DNA of 64,000 nt. Source: Candidatus Cloacimonadota bacterium. Its GTDB lineage: Bacteria > Cloacimonadota > Cloacimonadia > G963667145. Each line of letters starts with the position of its first letter. The stretch's first letter is position 1. The position numbers and the translations under genes were made by a program. Under the pieces are notes generated by a model that saw nothing but the letters and a program-made list of their open reading frames with translations, had not been told where the DNA came from and did no database searches. The DNA is taken from contig OY762940.1 in NCBI GenBank assembly GCA_963667255.1, positions 1,504,001 to 1,568,000 of the forward strand, in the 5' to 3' direction. Positions 1 to 9,332 of this stretch are shown in pieces.

Positions 1-557
1 CCAATAGAAAAATTCAGCTCTCCCGCTTCGTTCATCACTACACCCGACGGATACAGAAAGATATCATCATCTGCGGTAAAACCACCATTGCCAACCAATT
101 TGTCGCCCATCTGCAGAAGCAAAGAGTTTTCATCCAAACAACTATTTACCCGAAATCCCTCTTTCTCCAAAATCAATGCGTAAATTTTCGTGTAAACAAA
201 AGCCACTTGAGCCAAAATCTTGTCCAAAGACCCGGGGAAATCACAGGAGGTAAGCTCCAATCCGGCATAAATTTCTTCTAACCTTTTCAAGTAAGGCAAC
301 ACACCATCGATATTTTCTTGAGAGATATACTCGCTTCTAAAAGCATAAATTTCTTGGCGGAAAGCAGCAAATTCATCTCTCCAATTTTGGTTTTTAGCAA
401 GAACGCTCTTTTTCAAAGAAGCCAAATAATCACAAATTCTACGAGGAATATCCACCACAATTATTTTTTTCTCGTCCCCTTGCTTGGCGACCCAAATAGA
501 GTTGATAAATAGCTCTTTTGATTCAAAAATATCTCCGCAAAATTTCAAAACTTTCAT
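1..557 (-). CDS. Aspartokinase-like (amino acid kinase fold) protein, degenerate N-terminus; runs off the window edge
   Basis: Not in the ORF track. My translation from ATG 557 (GAGG RBS upstream) is open to the window edge: MKVLKFAEIFLNQKSYL...KKIIVVD...DKILAQVAFVYTKIYALILEKEGFRV. This echoes aspartokinase MKVLKFGG...VVVS...D.ILS.GE.LS. Confidence 0.5.
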   Translation of the reverse strand, partial: MKVLKFCGDIFESKELFINSIWVAKQGDEKKIIVVDIPRRICDYLASLKKSVLAKNQNWRDEFAAFRQEIYAFRSEYISQENIDGVLPYLKRLEEIYAGLELTSCDFPGSLDKILAQVAFVYTKIYALILEKEGFRVNSCLDENSLLLQMGDKLVGNGGFTADDDIFLYPSGVVMNEAGELNFSI

Positions 558-576
558 TATAAGTTACCTCAAAATC

Positions 577-987
577 TTAATTATTAAATAGCAAATATTT
601 GCGAGCCGTAAAATTCCAAAAAAACACTATTGTTGCCGAAAAAACCTTGGAATACATGTAGAAGAAGCATAGTTTCTCGGTAAATAAATACATACAAACA
701 TTTGTCAAAAGCAAACCTACCACGCTGATGAAAAAGAAAAGCAAAATTTCGTGCCGCTTTTTATCATACTTCCGCTCATGAAAAACCCAATAGATATTGA
801 AAAAGTAGGAGACAATAACACTGCTGATGAACGAAATCGTGGAAGAGGTCATGTAATGAATCAGCAAAAAATCCGTCAAAAGAATAAGCACCAAAAAATC
901 CACCAAAGTGGAAATCTGACCGCCGACCGCATATCTGAAAATCTGATGACGGAAGGTCTCCGCATTGCCTGACAAATACCTTCTCAT
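577..987 (-). CDS. GtrA family membrane protein (lipid-linked sugar flippase-like)
   Basis: QIFRYAVGGQISTLVDF start, about 4 TM segments, SYFFNIYWVF and FFWNFTARKYLLF GtrA motifs. Confidence 0.9.
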   Translation of the reverse strand: MRRYLSGNAETFRHQIFRYAVGGQISTLVDFLVLILLTDFLLIHYMTSSTISFISSVIVSYFFNIYWVFHERKYDKKRHEILLFFFISVVGLLLTNVCMYLFTEKLCFFYMYSKVFSATIVFFWNFTARKYLLFNN

Positions 988-2106
988 CTACTGACAATTC
1001 CCCTTTACAAGTAAAGCGTGCTGATTATAAAACTCTTGGTAATTTCCTGCCAAAATTGCCTTTCGAGCCTTGGTAACCAAATCCAAATAAAAATGCAAAG
1101 AGTGTATGGAAGCCAAAATTCCGCCGAGAACCTCGCCGACAGAAAGCAAATGGCGGATATACGCTCTGGAAAAATTGCGACAGGCGTAGCAATTGCAATT
1201 CTCATCAATGGGTCTGTTGTCCTCTTTGTAGCGTGCGGACTTGAGTATCATCTTCCCTTGCCAAGTGAACACAGTTCCCTTGCGGGCATTGCGGGTCGGC
1301 ATCACACAGTCGAACATATCCACTCCGGTCAAAATCCCGTCCAACAAATCTCCGGGAGTTCCAACACCCATCAAATATCGGGGCTTGTCTTTCGGCAAAA
1401 CTCCGTCCAAAAGTTCCGTGATTCTGAACATATCTTCCTTGGGTTCGCCGACCGCCAATCCGCCGATAGAGTATCCGGGGAAATCTATCTCCGTCAATCT
1501 TCGTGCCGATTCCAATCGCAAATCGTCAAAAACGCCACCTTGCACTATTCCAAACAAAGCCTGTTCATCAATTCTCTTGTGAGTCTCTTTGCAGATTTTT
1601 GCCCAACGGATAGTTGTTGCCAAAGATTTTTTTACATAATCGTAAGATTGCCCGTAAGCAGGGCATTCATCAAACGACATAATGATATCAGCACCCAAAT
1701 TGTTCTCTATCTCCATAACTCGCTGTGGCGAAAAGAAATGATAAGAGCCGTCAATGTGCGAGCGAAATTTAACGCCTTCGGGAGTAATCTTACGAAAATC
1801 GGATAAACTCATCACCTGAAATCCACCACTGTCCGTCAAAATCGGTCTGTCCCAACCGATAAACTTATGCAAACCGCCCATTCTCGCTATCAATTCACTA
1901 CTCGGACGCAGATGAAGATGATAAGTGTTGCCGAGAATAATCTGTGCTTTTACCTCGTCCTGCAAATCCCGTGGCAACAAGCCTTTCACACTCCCACGAG
2001 TGCCTACAGGCATAAAAATCGGAGTTGTTATCTCACCGTGCTTAGTGGTTAATCGACCTGCACGAGCCAATCCCGATATCGCTTCTACTTTAAAAAAATC
2101 TTTCAC
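988..2106 (-). CDS. tgt: tRNA-guanine transglycosylase (queuosine)
   Basis: TPIFMPVGT, NTYHL, DSGGFQV, GGLAVGE, DCVMPTRNAR and the zinc site CNCYAC...H. Confidence 0.98.
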   Translation of the reverse strand: MKDFFKVEAISGLARAGRLTTKHGEITTPIFMPVGTRGSVKGLLPRDLQDEVKAQIILGNTYHLHLRPSSELIARMGGLHKFIGWDRPILTDSGGFQVMSLSDFRKITPEGVKFRSHIDGSYHFFSPQRVMEIENNLGADIIMSFDECPAYGQSYDYVKKSLATTIRWAKICKETHKRIDEQALFGIVQGGVFDDLRLESARRLTEIDFPGYSIGGLAVGEPKEDMFRITELLDGVLPKDKPRYLMGVGTPGDLLDGILTGVDMFDCVMPTRNARKGTVFTWQGKMILKSARYKEDNRPIDENCNCYACRNFSRAYIRHLLSVGEVLGGILASIHSLHFYLDLVTKARKAILAGNYQEFYNQHALLVKGNCQ

Positions 2107-2120
2107 AATTTAGAACAAAC

Positions 2121-2327
2121 CTACTTTTTCAAATTCATAAACAAGCCGAGCAAAAACACAAGGCAAGCACCACCCAAACTAAGATAGTATTGAGTCAAAT
2201 TGGCAAACTTATATCGATTATAACTCATCAAAGCATCAGCTACGGTTGTCGGCGGTTTCATCCCATAAAAATAGTAAGCAGCAACCGCACCTGCAACCAA
2301 AAAAATCAACCCTACTAACCTTTTCAT
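2121..2327 (-). CDS. Small two-TM hypothetical protein
   Basis: Two hydrophobic segments, AGGAG RBS, in tandem with its neighbours. Confidence 0.7.
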   Translation of the reverse strand: MKRLVGLIFLVAGAVAAYYFYGMKPPTTVADALMSYNRYKFANLTQYYLSLGGACLVFLLGLFMNLKK

Positions 2328-2339
2328 AATCTCTCCTTG

Positions 2340-4196
2340 CTATTTGGAAAATTCGCTAAAACCCTTGATAGACTTTAACAAATCTTTGCGTTTCTCAGAA
2401 ATGAGTCCTTTCCCATCTTTGAGCAAAATGTAATTTTTATCCCGCACTTCAAATAGTCCCGCTTTATATGTTTCAATGGAGAACACAAAATAATAATCGG
2501 GGTAAATCAAAGCCGCATCGTCCCAACCACTGGATTGCACAAAGTTATGCCCATCTCCTACCCACAAATTCATTCCTTGCGAATAATCGGAAGTCGGATT
2601 GCTCACTCCCAACTCCTCTAACACAGACGGAACAAAATCCAAATGAGATGTCATTTTTTCAATCTTCTCCGAATCTTTCCCCGGCCAATGCACGATGAAA
2701 GGCACTTTTGTTTGATATTTGTCGAAAGCACTGCAATGTCCAAAAAACCCATTTTCATAAAACTCTTGCCCATGGTCAGCACTAAAAATAACAATCGTAT
2801 TCTCTAAATATCCTCCATCTTTCAAGGTCTTGATAAGTTTTCCGGCAAGAGCATCATCAAAATATATGGTATTTCTGTATGCATTTCGCATCATATCAAT
2901 ATTCTCTTTTTCATCATCAATCTTCACATAATTCACAGATTTCTGAGTAGGAATAAATTTCTCGTATATATCGGGGTAATCAGTGCCATGAGGGGCATCA
3001 AAAAACAAAAACGAAAAGAAAGGCTTGTCCGTTTTTTCTTGCTCCCTTTTCCCCAGATAGTTAATGAACCCTTGTGCTAAGAGTGGGTCCTTTTCAGACG
3101 CATTTTTGCCAGGGATAGTATCATAAATACACTCGGGGATATTGATAAAGCAAGTTTTGCGAAACTCGGGATAAGTCAGTTTGGTGCTAGCAGAAATATA
3201 AAAATCGTAATCCAATTTTTGCAATTCATCTATCAAAACACAGGAGCGTCTCTCACCCAAAATCTTGTGCCAATAGTAACCACTCATCCCATAGAAAAAA
3301 GAGAAAACGCCAAATCTAGAAGCGTTGCCTCCGCTATAGTGATTGACAAAAACCGTAGAATTCTTGCTAAATTCCCAAACATTGGGAGTGGTTTCCGGAG
3401 TAAACATATCATAACGCCAAGCATCAAAAAAGATAACCAAAATGTTGGGCCTATGCTGAACGCTTTCATCATAAACAATTGGATTTTTCGGATAGTTTAA
3501 CATTTTGTTTTTTGTCGAAATCTTAATCTCATCCTCTCTATCTATCTCAAAACCAAACACCTTGTGCATAAAGCTTTTAATCGTAAGAGGTTGATAAAGC
3601 GGAAACAACTTCACGAAGCGAATTACGGAAGTTTGGTTATACAAATCAGCTACCGCATATGTTGCCTTGTCAGCTACCAAAAAAAGAAATCCCAACAAAA
3701 ATAAGCGAGAAATCTTAAAACTTTTTTTATAACACTTTGTTTGCGAGGATTTGACAAAAATCTTGAAAAAAATAATCTCCACAATAATCGCCACAATCAC
3801 AAACACAACAGCCAAAATCGTGGTCAAACTACCCAACTCTACACTATCTCCAAACCCACCACTGGTAAAAATGCTAATCACTGCCCCATTTATATGGAAA
3901 TTGTAAATCGCATAAACAACCGTATCGATAAACAAAATCAACTGAAACAAAAGAATCAAGACCACATTAAAAATGAGATTTATCTTTCTGAAAGGCAAAA
4001 AAATCACTAAGATAGTGCTGAGCAAAAATACAGGCAAATACAGCATAAACGAATTACCAATCAAAGAAATCCAAATGAAAACTGTGGAAACAATCCCCGT
4101 GGTATCCGGCAAATATCTGCAACCGATAGCCACGCTGAATATCAAATTTATGAACAGAAATTTAAAAATTCCAGATAACAAATTCTTTCTTTTCAT
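2340..4196 (-). CDS. YejM/PbgA (LapC)-like membrane-anchored sulfatase-fold protein (DUF3413 + sulfatase)
   Basis: About 5 N-terminal TMs, PLYQPLT and LNYPKNP, then NILVIFFDAWR, HYSGGN and SADHGQEF sulfatase-fold motifs. Confidence 0.85.
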   Translation of the reverse strand: MKRKNLLSGIFKFLFINLIFSVAIGCRYLPDTTGIVSTVFIWISLIGNSFMLYLPVFLLSTILVIFLPFRKINLIFNVVLILLFQLILFIDTVVYAIYNFHINGAVISIFTSGGFGDSVELGSLTTILAVVFVIVAIIVEIIFFKIFVKSSQTKCYKKSFKISRLFLLGFLFLVADKATYAVADLYNQTSVIRFVKLFPLYQPLTIKSFMHKVFGFEIDREDEIKISTKNKMLNYPKNPIVYDESVQHRPNILVIFFDAWRYDMFTPETTPNVWEFSKNSTVFVNHYSGGNASRFGVFSFFYGMSGYYWHKILGERRSCVLIDELQKLDYDFYISASTKLTYPEFRKTCFINIPECIYDTIPGKNASEKDPLLAQGFINYLGKREQEKTDKPFFSFLFFDAPHGTDYPDIYEKFIPTQKSVNYVKIDDEKENIDMMRNAYRNTIYFDDALAGKLIKTLKDGGYLENTIVIFSADHGQEFYENGFFGHCSAFDKYQTKVPFIVHWPGKDSEKIEKMTSHLDFVPSVLEELGVSNPTSDYSQGMNLWVGDGHNFVQSSGWDDAALIYPDYYFVFSIETYKAGLFEVRDKNYILLKDGKGLISEKRKDLLKSIKGFSEFSK

Positions 4197-4202
4197 CGTC
4201 CT

Positions 4203-5552
4203 CTACTCTCCCTCAGTCCGATATGTGGTAATAAACTCTATTCCCGCTTGTGGCAACGAGTTACCCTCAACATCAGTCGCATTTAGAATTAGCATATAAC
4301 TGGTAAAATTAGCAAGTTTCTTTTTGGGTATGTAACTAAATTCAAAGCCATTACCACCATCTGATGTCAAAGCAGTTTTTTCGCCTGTCTCTATTTCCAC
4401 CAGTTCAACTGTAATATTTTCAGCAAATAGCAACCTATCAAATTTGAACGAAAATCTCGGCGACAAGGTCAAAACTCCAGAGTTAGCAACCGGCTCAGAA
4501 TTAACCAATTTTATTTCTCCCCGCAAAGTGTCTGCTTTCCCTTGGAAATACGCTGTATCCGCTTTTGTGAGATTCCCTTTCCAGTCAATCAAGTCGGTCG
4601 CAACCAACCGATATTTCATATTCTTCATCGGCGAAGTAAGCAAGTGAAGTTTACCGTCCACCAGCAGAGATTTTTGCACGGCAATTTTCTCGGGTTTGCG
4701 AACAGTGTAAACCGTATCGCCCTCGGTAGTTACTTCCATCAGTGTATCGGTAAGAGAAGTGATTTTGTAATCTCTAAGTTTTATCAAATCTTCATCAAAA
4801 TCTACGGTTAATCTCCTGTCGGAGAGCGAAGCAACAGCTTTAATCAGCGGAGGAACAGAATCAACATACCCCAAAACTATCGGCTCAACCAAATACTTAT
4901 TGTTCACATCCAATCGTTTTTCCCAAAAAGGCTCGCTCGCTTCATCCAAACTGCCATTATTATCCTTATCAATGAACGCTTTAACTGTGTATTGACCTTG
5001 ACTCAAATACTTCAGCTGATAACCGGCTGAGGAAGCATTTTGCTCAAAAATAAACACAGTGTCTTGGTCATAAACCTGCAAAAACACAGTATCTTGAGCA
5101 TCATCCTTTTTCTCAAAAACAAATTCACCGGAAATTTCGTTAGTCGAGAGATAATCGTTGCAAAAAACCAAAACCCTGCTCTCTTCCATGGCAATCTTGT
5201 GATAGCATTTGAGCCCCTTTTGCAGAGTCAGATAGTAATTTTTGCCCAAATGCAAATCGGACTTTATGGAAATGTTGAGCGTTTTGTCCGTTGTGTAAGA
5301 ACTAAACGCCACTCGAGGATAAAATCTGATATAATCATCAACACTGCTTTCATCTATCGGCTTATTAAAGATTATTTTGATACTCTTCCCTTTGATAGAG
5401 CGAAACTCCGATGGGTCAGAGCTAACAACACAGGGTATCAAATCGTCTTCCGGTCCACCGGTAATCTCCCCTCTACTACCGCATGAAGCCGAGAACAAAA
5501 CGATTAACAGCCCAAAAAAAACTTGACTTAAATTTCTACTAAAAAATATCAT
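4203..5552 (-). CDS. Lipoprotein with Ig-like (Big_5-type) domains
   Basis: Lipobox SASC followed by GEITGGPED..P, FNKPIDE and AFIDKDNNG..D. Confidence 0.75.
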   Translation of the reverse strand: MIFFSRNLSQVFFGLLIVLFSASCGSRGEITGGPEDDLIPCVVSSDPSEFRSIKGKSIKIIFNKPIDESSVDDYIRFYPRVAFSSYTTDKTLNISIKSDLHLGKNYYLTLQKGLKCYHKIAMEESRVLVFCNDYLSTNEISGEFVFEKKDDAQDTVFLQVYDQDTVFIFEQNASSAGYQLKYLSQGQYTVKAFIDKDNNGSLDEASEPFWEKRLDVNNKYLVEPIVLGYVDSVPPLIKAVASLSDRRLTVDFDEDLIKLRDYKITSLTDTLMEVTTEGDTVYTVRKPEKIAVQKSLLVDGKLHLLTSPMKNMKYRLVATDLIDWKGNLTKADTAYFQGKADTLRGEIKLVNSEPVANSGVLTLSPRFSFKFDRLLFAENITVELVEIETGEKTALTSDGGNGFEFSYIPKKKLANFTSYMLILNATDVEGNSLPQAGIEFITTYRTEGE

Positions 5553-5671
5553 ATGTTAAACCAAACTTTAGAGAAAGAACTGTTTGTCAAACAAGAAAGA
5601 GAAATTTACAAAATGAAAATACCGTTATCACAATCGGTCGTCCTCACCCTTTTAAAAATTAGAGAAAATTT

Positions 5672-6847
5672 ATGGAAATTCTTTCGCCAGCCGGCAATTT
5701 GGAAAAATTAAAATACGCACTGCAATATGGAGCAGATGCCGTCTATTGTGCGGGTAAAAAATTCGGGCTCAGAGCAAAAGCGGGTAATTTGTCCAATCAG
5801 GAACTTTTGGCAGCACGCGAGATTTGCACAAAAATGAGCAAAAAACTGTATATCACACTGAATATTTTTGCTCACAACAGCGATTTGCAGGAGTTGCCAG
5901 AATATCTCATTTTTTTGAAAGAGCTGAAGCCCGATGGACTCATAGTCTCCGATGCGGGAATTTTTTCCCTCTGCCAAAAAATTGCTCCGAAACTACCTCT
6001 ACATATCTCCACTCAAGCCAACATAACCAACTGCGAGAGTGCAAGATTTTGGCACAATCAAGGAGCAAAGAGGGTTGTTTTGGCACGAGAGTTAAACTTG
6101 GACGAAATCAAAAAAATCAAGCAAGAAGTCCCCGACTTGGAGCTGGAAATCTTCGTGCACGGAGCTATGTGTATCGCCTATTCCGGCAGATGCCTGCTCT
6201 CAGCCTTCATCAACGAAAGAGGTGCTAACCAAGGAGTCTGCACGCAAGTATGCAGATGGGGTTTCGCCATTAGTGAAAAAAAACACAGTGGTCAATGGTT
6301 TGAACTCCAAGAAGACGATTACGGCTCTTATGTCTTGAATTCAAAAGACTTATGTCTATTAGATTATTTGCAAGAACTGGAAAACATCGGAATAGACAGC
6401 GTGAAAATCGAAGGAAGAATGAAGAGTCTATATTATGTCGCCAATACGGCAAGAGCCTACCATCACGCATTAGACGGCAAAAACGATTTGAAATTCTTCC
6501 ACGAGGAGTTGGACAAAATCAGTCATCGAGAATACAGCACGGGGTTCATTACTTCGCACGGAGAGCAATATTACAAATCTTCCGCTTACATCCGCAACTA
6601 CCAATTCATCGGCACAATCTTGTCTCAAGAGAGCGATTTGCTAAAAATTGACATAAAAGCTAAATTTGAAATCGGCGAAACTATCGAGCTTATTTTCCCC
6701 AATTTTGAAGACGATTTACGATACAAAGTGCAGGAAATTTTTGATGAATCTATGCGACCAATCTCCAAAACAGACCCGAACAGCACGGTGTTTCTCAAGA
6801 TTGATAAAAAACTACCTCCGTTCGGTATAATAAGGAAGAAAATATGA
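5672..6847 (+). CDS. U32 family protein (TrhP/YegQ-like tRNA U34 hydroxylase)
   Basis: EILSPAG, GADAVY, HISTQAN, HGAMCIAYSGRCLLS, CTQVCR, KIEGRMKS. Confidence 0.92.
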   Translation: MEILSPAGNLEKLKYALQYGADAVYCAGKKFGLRAKAGNLSNQELLAAREICTKMSKKLYITLNIFAHNSDLQELPEYLIFLKELKPDGLIVSDAGIFSLCQKIAPKLPLHISTQANITNCESARFWHNQGAKRVVLARELNLDEIKKIKQEVPDLELEIFVHGAMCIAYSGRCLLSAFINERGANQGVCTQVCRWGFAISEKKHSGQWFELQEDDYGSYVLNSKDLCLLDYLQELENIGIDSVKIEGRMKSLYYVANTARAYHHALDGKNDLKFFHEELDKISHREYSTGFITSHGEQYYKSSAYIRNYQFIGTILSQESDLLKIDIKAKFEIGETIELIFPNFEDDLRYKVQEIFDESMRPISKTDPNSTVFLKIDKKLPPFGIIRKKI

Positions 6848-7245
6848 ATTTACAAGATTTGTTCGAAGAAGCGAAAAAAATCAGCAAAAACGCTTACGCT
6901 AAATATTCCGGTTTCCCTTTGGGAGCAGCTTTACTGGGGAAATCGGGCAGAATTTACACGGGTGTCAATGTGGAAAACGCTTCGTTCGGTCTGACCATTT
7001 GTGCCGAACGCTCGGCTGTTTTTTCCGCTGTTAGCCAAGGAGAAAAAGAGTTTTCCGCCCTTGCTGTTTATGTGGACAGTGACTTATCCTTCCCTCCATG
7101 CGGTGCTTGTCGCCAAGTGCTCAGCGAATTTTGTTCTCCAGATATGCCGATTTTATACGGGAATAATCATAAAATAGTGTCAACTACCTTGGGAGAACTT
7201 CTACCCCAAAGTTTTAGCTTGGAAACTGAAAAAAGTATTGACTAA
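6844..7245 (+). CDS. cdd: Cytidine deaminase (homotetrameric)
   Basis: AYAKYSGF, NVENAS, CAER, PCGACRQ. Confidence 0.95.
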   Translation: MNLQDLFEEAKKISKNAYAKYSGFPLGAALLGKSGRIYTGVNVENASFGLTICAERSAVFSAVSQGEKEFSALAVYVDSDLSFPPCGACRQVLSEFCSPDMPILYGNNHKIVSTTLGELLPQSFSLETEKSID

Positions 7246-7271
7246 AAGAGAAACGAAGAAAAAGTAAAACG

Positions 7272-7880
7272 ATGTTAAAGATTAAAAAATTTGAACTTAA
7301 AAAGCAAAAAGAAACCATTTTGAGCATTCCGGAAATTGTCCTTGAGGACAAGTATAAAAATCTGATTCTCGGTCCAAACGACAAAGGCAAAAGTGCTTTG
7401 CTCAACAGCATTCACTCGGGAGAATGTTTGGACTCCTTTAAGAATAAGGAGAAAAGAATCTGCTCTGTTCTCGTTGATTATCAAAACGGCTTGTTTAACG
7501 AACTCTCTATGTGGAAAAATCTTTGCTTCGGAGTTCCCAAACTAACGGAAACCAAAAAAAATCTCATCAAAACTTTGGCAGAAAAAGTGGAATTGGACAG
7601 ATTTATGTCCAAGAAAGTGGCTTTCTTGAGTTTTTCCAACAAAAAATTGGTGGAATTAATCAGAGCCACAGCCATTATGCCCCTTTTGATTTTGATTGAC
7701 GATTTGGACAAATATTTCGACGAAATTAATTTGATAAAGGCGATAAGCATTTTGTCTTTTGCTTCCAACAACGGCTCGATTATTTTGGCGAGTTCGGGAC
7801 GCAAAATCTTCGGATTTGACAAAAGTTTCATCATAAAAAACGGCACTCTGTGTCCGGAGGGAGAAAACAGTGAGGCATAA
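7272..7880 (+). CDS. Degenerate ABC-type ATP-binding protein (FtsE-like?)
   Basis: Walker A GPNDKGKS; eroded signature LSFSN, Walker B LILIDD and H-loop. Confidence 0.6.
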   Translation: MLKIKKFELKKQKETILSIPEIVLEDKYKNLILGPNDKGKSALLNSIHSGECLDSFKNKEKRICSVLVDYQNGLFNELSMWKNLCFGVPKLTETKKNLIKTLAEKVELDRFMSKKVAFLSFSNKKLVELIRATAIMPLLILIDDLDKYFDEINLIKAISILSFASNNGSIILASSGRKIFGFDKSFIIKNGTLCPEGENSEA

Positions 7881-8772
7881 CAATTTTACTCATTCTCTGA
7901 TTGTGCTGTTCTATCTGCTCTTTTGGACGGGCTTCAACTTCCTCTTTTGCACGATGATGGAGCAAAATTTCAATCAAGTCTCCGAAATGAAGATAAAAGT
8001 TCTCTCGTCCAATCTCAACACCCTCAAATCTTTGAAATCCGATTTGTTGTCGATAAAAAGCAAGCAAAATAAGATACCACCATCTTTGCAAAAATTCGCC
8101 TATCGCTCTAAGGAACTGACATGGATTGCCAACCAAAAATCGGTTTCTTTGTTCGGGCAACTCAGCATCTCTTCCAATCGAAATCTCACCGAGCAACTTC
8201 TGAATAAATACAATATCAAAGAAAACTATCCATTGGAAGAGAGCCTCGGCAAAATCCCAAACATCTTGACAATCCAAAATAACGGGCAATTGCTCACGAC
8301 CAAAGCATTTACCGAGCAACTTCAACTATTCCAAAAATATCAAGCCAACACTCTGCTCAAAGGACCTGTGCACGAAATGGGCGAAAAACTGAAAGAGAAA
8401 AATCTGATGAATAAAATCTATTGGCTCTCCAATATTTCCCTCGTGTTTTTCCTCATCATCCTCTTGCACTCGATGCGAAAATCTACCATTTGGTTTAATC
8501 ATCACAGATGGGAAGTTTACAAAAAGCTTGGCGTTAAAGTTTCCAGCCGAAGAAAAAGCATGTTTGCAAGCTCATTTCTTTATCTGTTTTTGCCTATTCT
8601 GTTCAATGTCATCTTGCTCCTATTTACCAGCAAATACAATCTGTTTTTCAAATTCAAAATCAGCTACCCTTCCATTTTGAGACTTTTTGTCTTTCTACCG
8701 TTGATGGAGGAAGGAAGTGTTTTGCTCTCTTGCATTTTCACACAAATTCGTTTCAAGGGTCTGACTAAATGA
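7870..8772 (+). CDS. Membrane protein with FtsX-like topology
   Basis: One TM, a large soluble loop, then 3 TMs; HRWEVYKKLG resembles FtsX R.EI...KL.G. Confidence 0.5.
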   Translation: MRHNNFTHSLIVLFYLLFWTGFNFLFCTMMEQNFNQVSEMKIKVLSSNLNTLKSLKSDLLSIKSKQNKIPPSLQKFAYRSKELTWIANQKSVSLFGQLSISSNRNLTEQLLNKYNIKENYPLEESLGKIPNILTIQNNGQLLTTKAFTEQLQLFQKYQANTLLKGPVHEMGEKLKEKNLMNKIYWLSNISLVFFLIILLHSMRKSTIWFNHHRWEVYKKLGVKVSSRRKSMFASSFLYLFLPILFNVILLLFTSKYNLFFKFKISYPSILRLFVFLPLMEEGSVLLSCIFTQIRFKGLTK

Positions 8773-9332
8773 AAAAATTTCTACCCAATATTTTAACAAT
8801 CTCCAGAGTTCTCTTAATCCCCGTTTTTTGGTGGTGTCTGGTAGAGATGAAAGAGCCGTGGAACATTTTTTACTCCATGATTATCTTCATAGTTGCCTCT
8901 ATCACGGACTATTATGATGGAAAATTCGCCCGCAAATATAATGTAACAAATTTCGGTAAAATTATGGACCCGATTGCGGACAAAGGCTTGATTGGTGTTG
9001 CTTTTTACTTGCTTACCATACCGCCTTTTTCTCTCGTGAGCCTTTGGCCTTTGTTTGTGGTGCTATTTAGAGAATTTTTGGTTACGGCTCTCAGAAGCTA
9101 TTACATCAAGAAAAACATTTTCATACCTGCCAATTTTTGGGGCAAACTGAAGACGGGAACTCAAATAGGTGTCGTTATCGCAGCTTTTGTCTTCCAACTT
9201 GCCAAAGTTTGCTTGAACTTGCCACCTGTTGTTGCTGATATTTTGGATACAGTCATAATCGTTGCCATTTGGATAACCGTGCTAATAACAATCGCATCTG
9301 GAGTTACATATTTCTTTGGAGATAAAAAATGA
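8769..9332 (+). CDS. pgsA: CDP-diacylglycerol--glycerol-3-phosphate 3-phosphatidyltransferase
   Basis: LPNILTISR, TDYYDGKFARK..VTNFGKIMDPIADK, GKLKT. Confidence 0.95.
   Translation: MKKFLPNILTISRVLLIPVFWWCLVEMKEPWNIFYSMIIFIVASITDYYDGKFARKYNVTNFGKIMDPIADKGLIGVAFYLLTIPPFSLVSLWPLFVVLFREFLVTALRSYYIKKNIFIPANFWGKLKTGTQIGVVIAAFVFQLAKVCLNLPPVVADILDTVIIVAIWITVLITIASGVTYFFGDKK

Noticed and set aside
6844..7245. Deaminase as the TadA that would edit tRNA-Leu(AAG)
   Set aside because: It has CAE and PCGACRQ with NVENAS, typical of tetrameric cytidine deaminase, not the HAE/PCxMC of TadA
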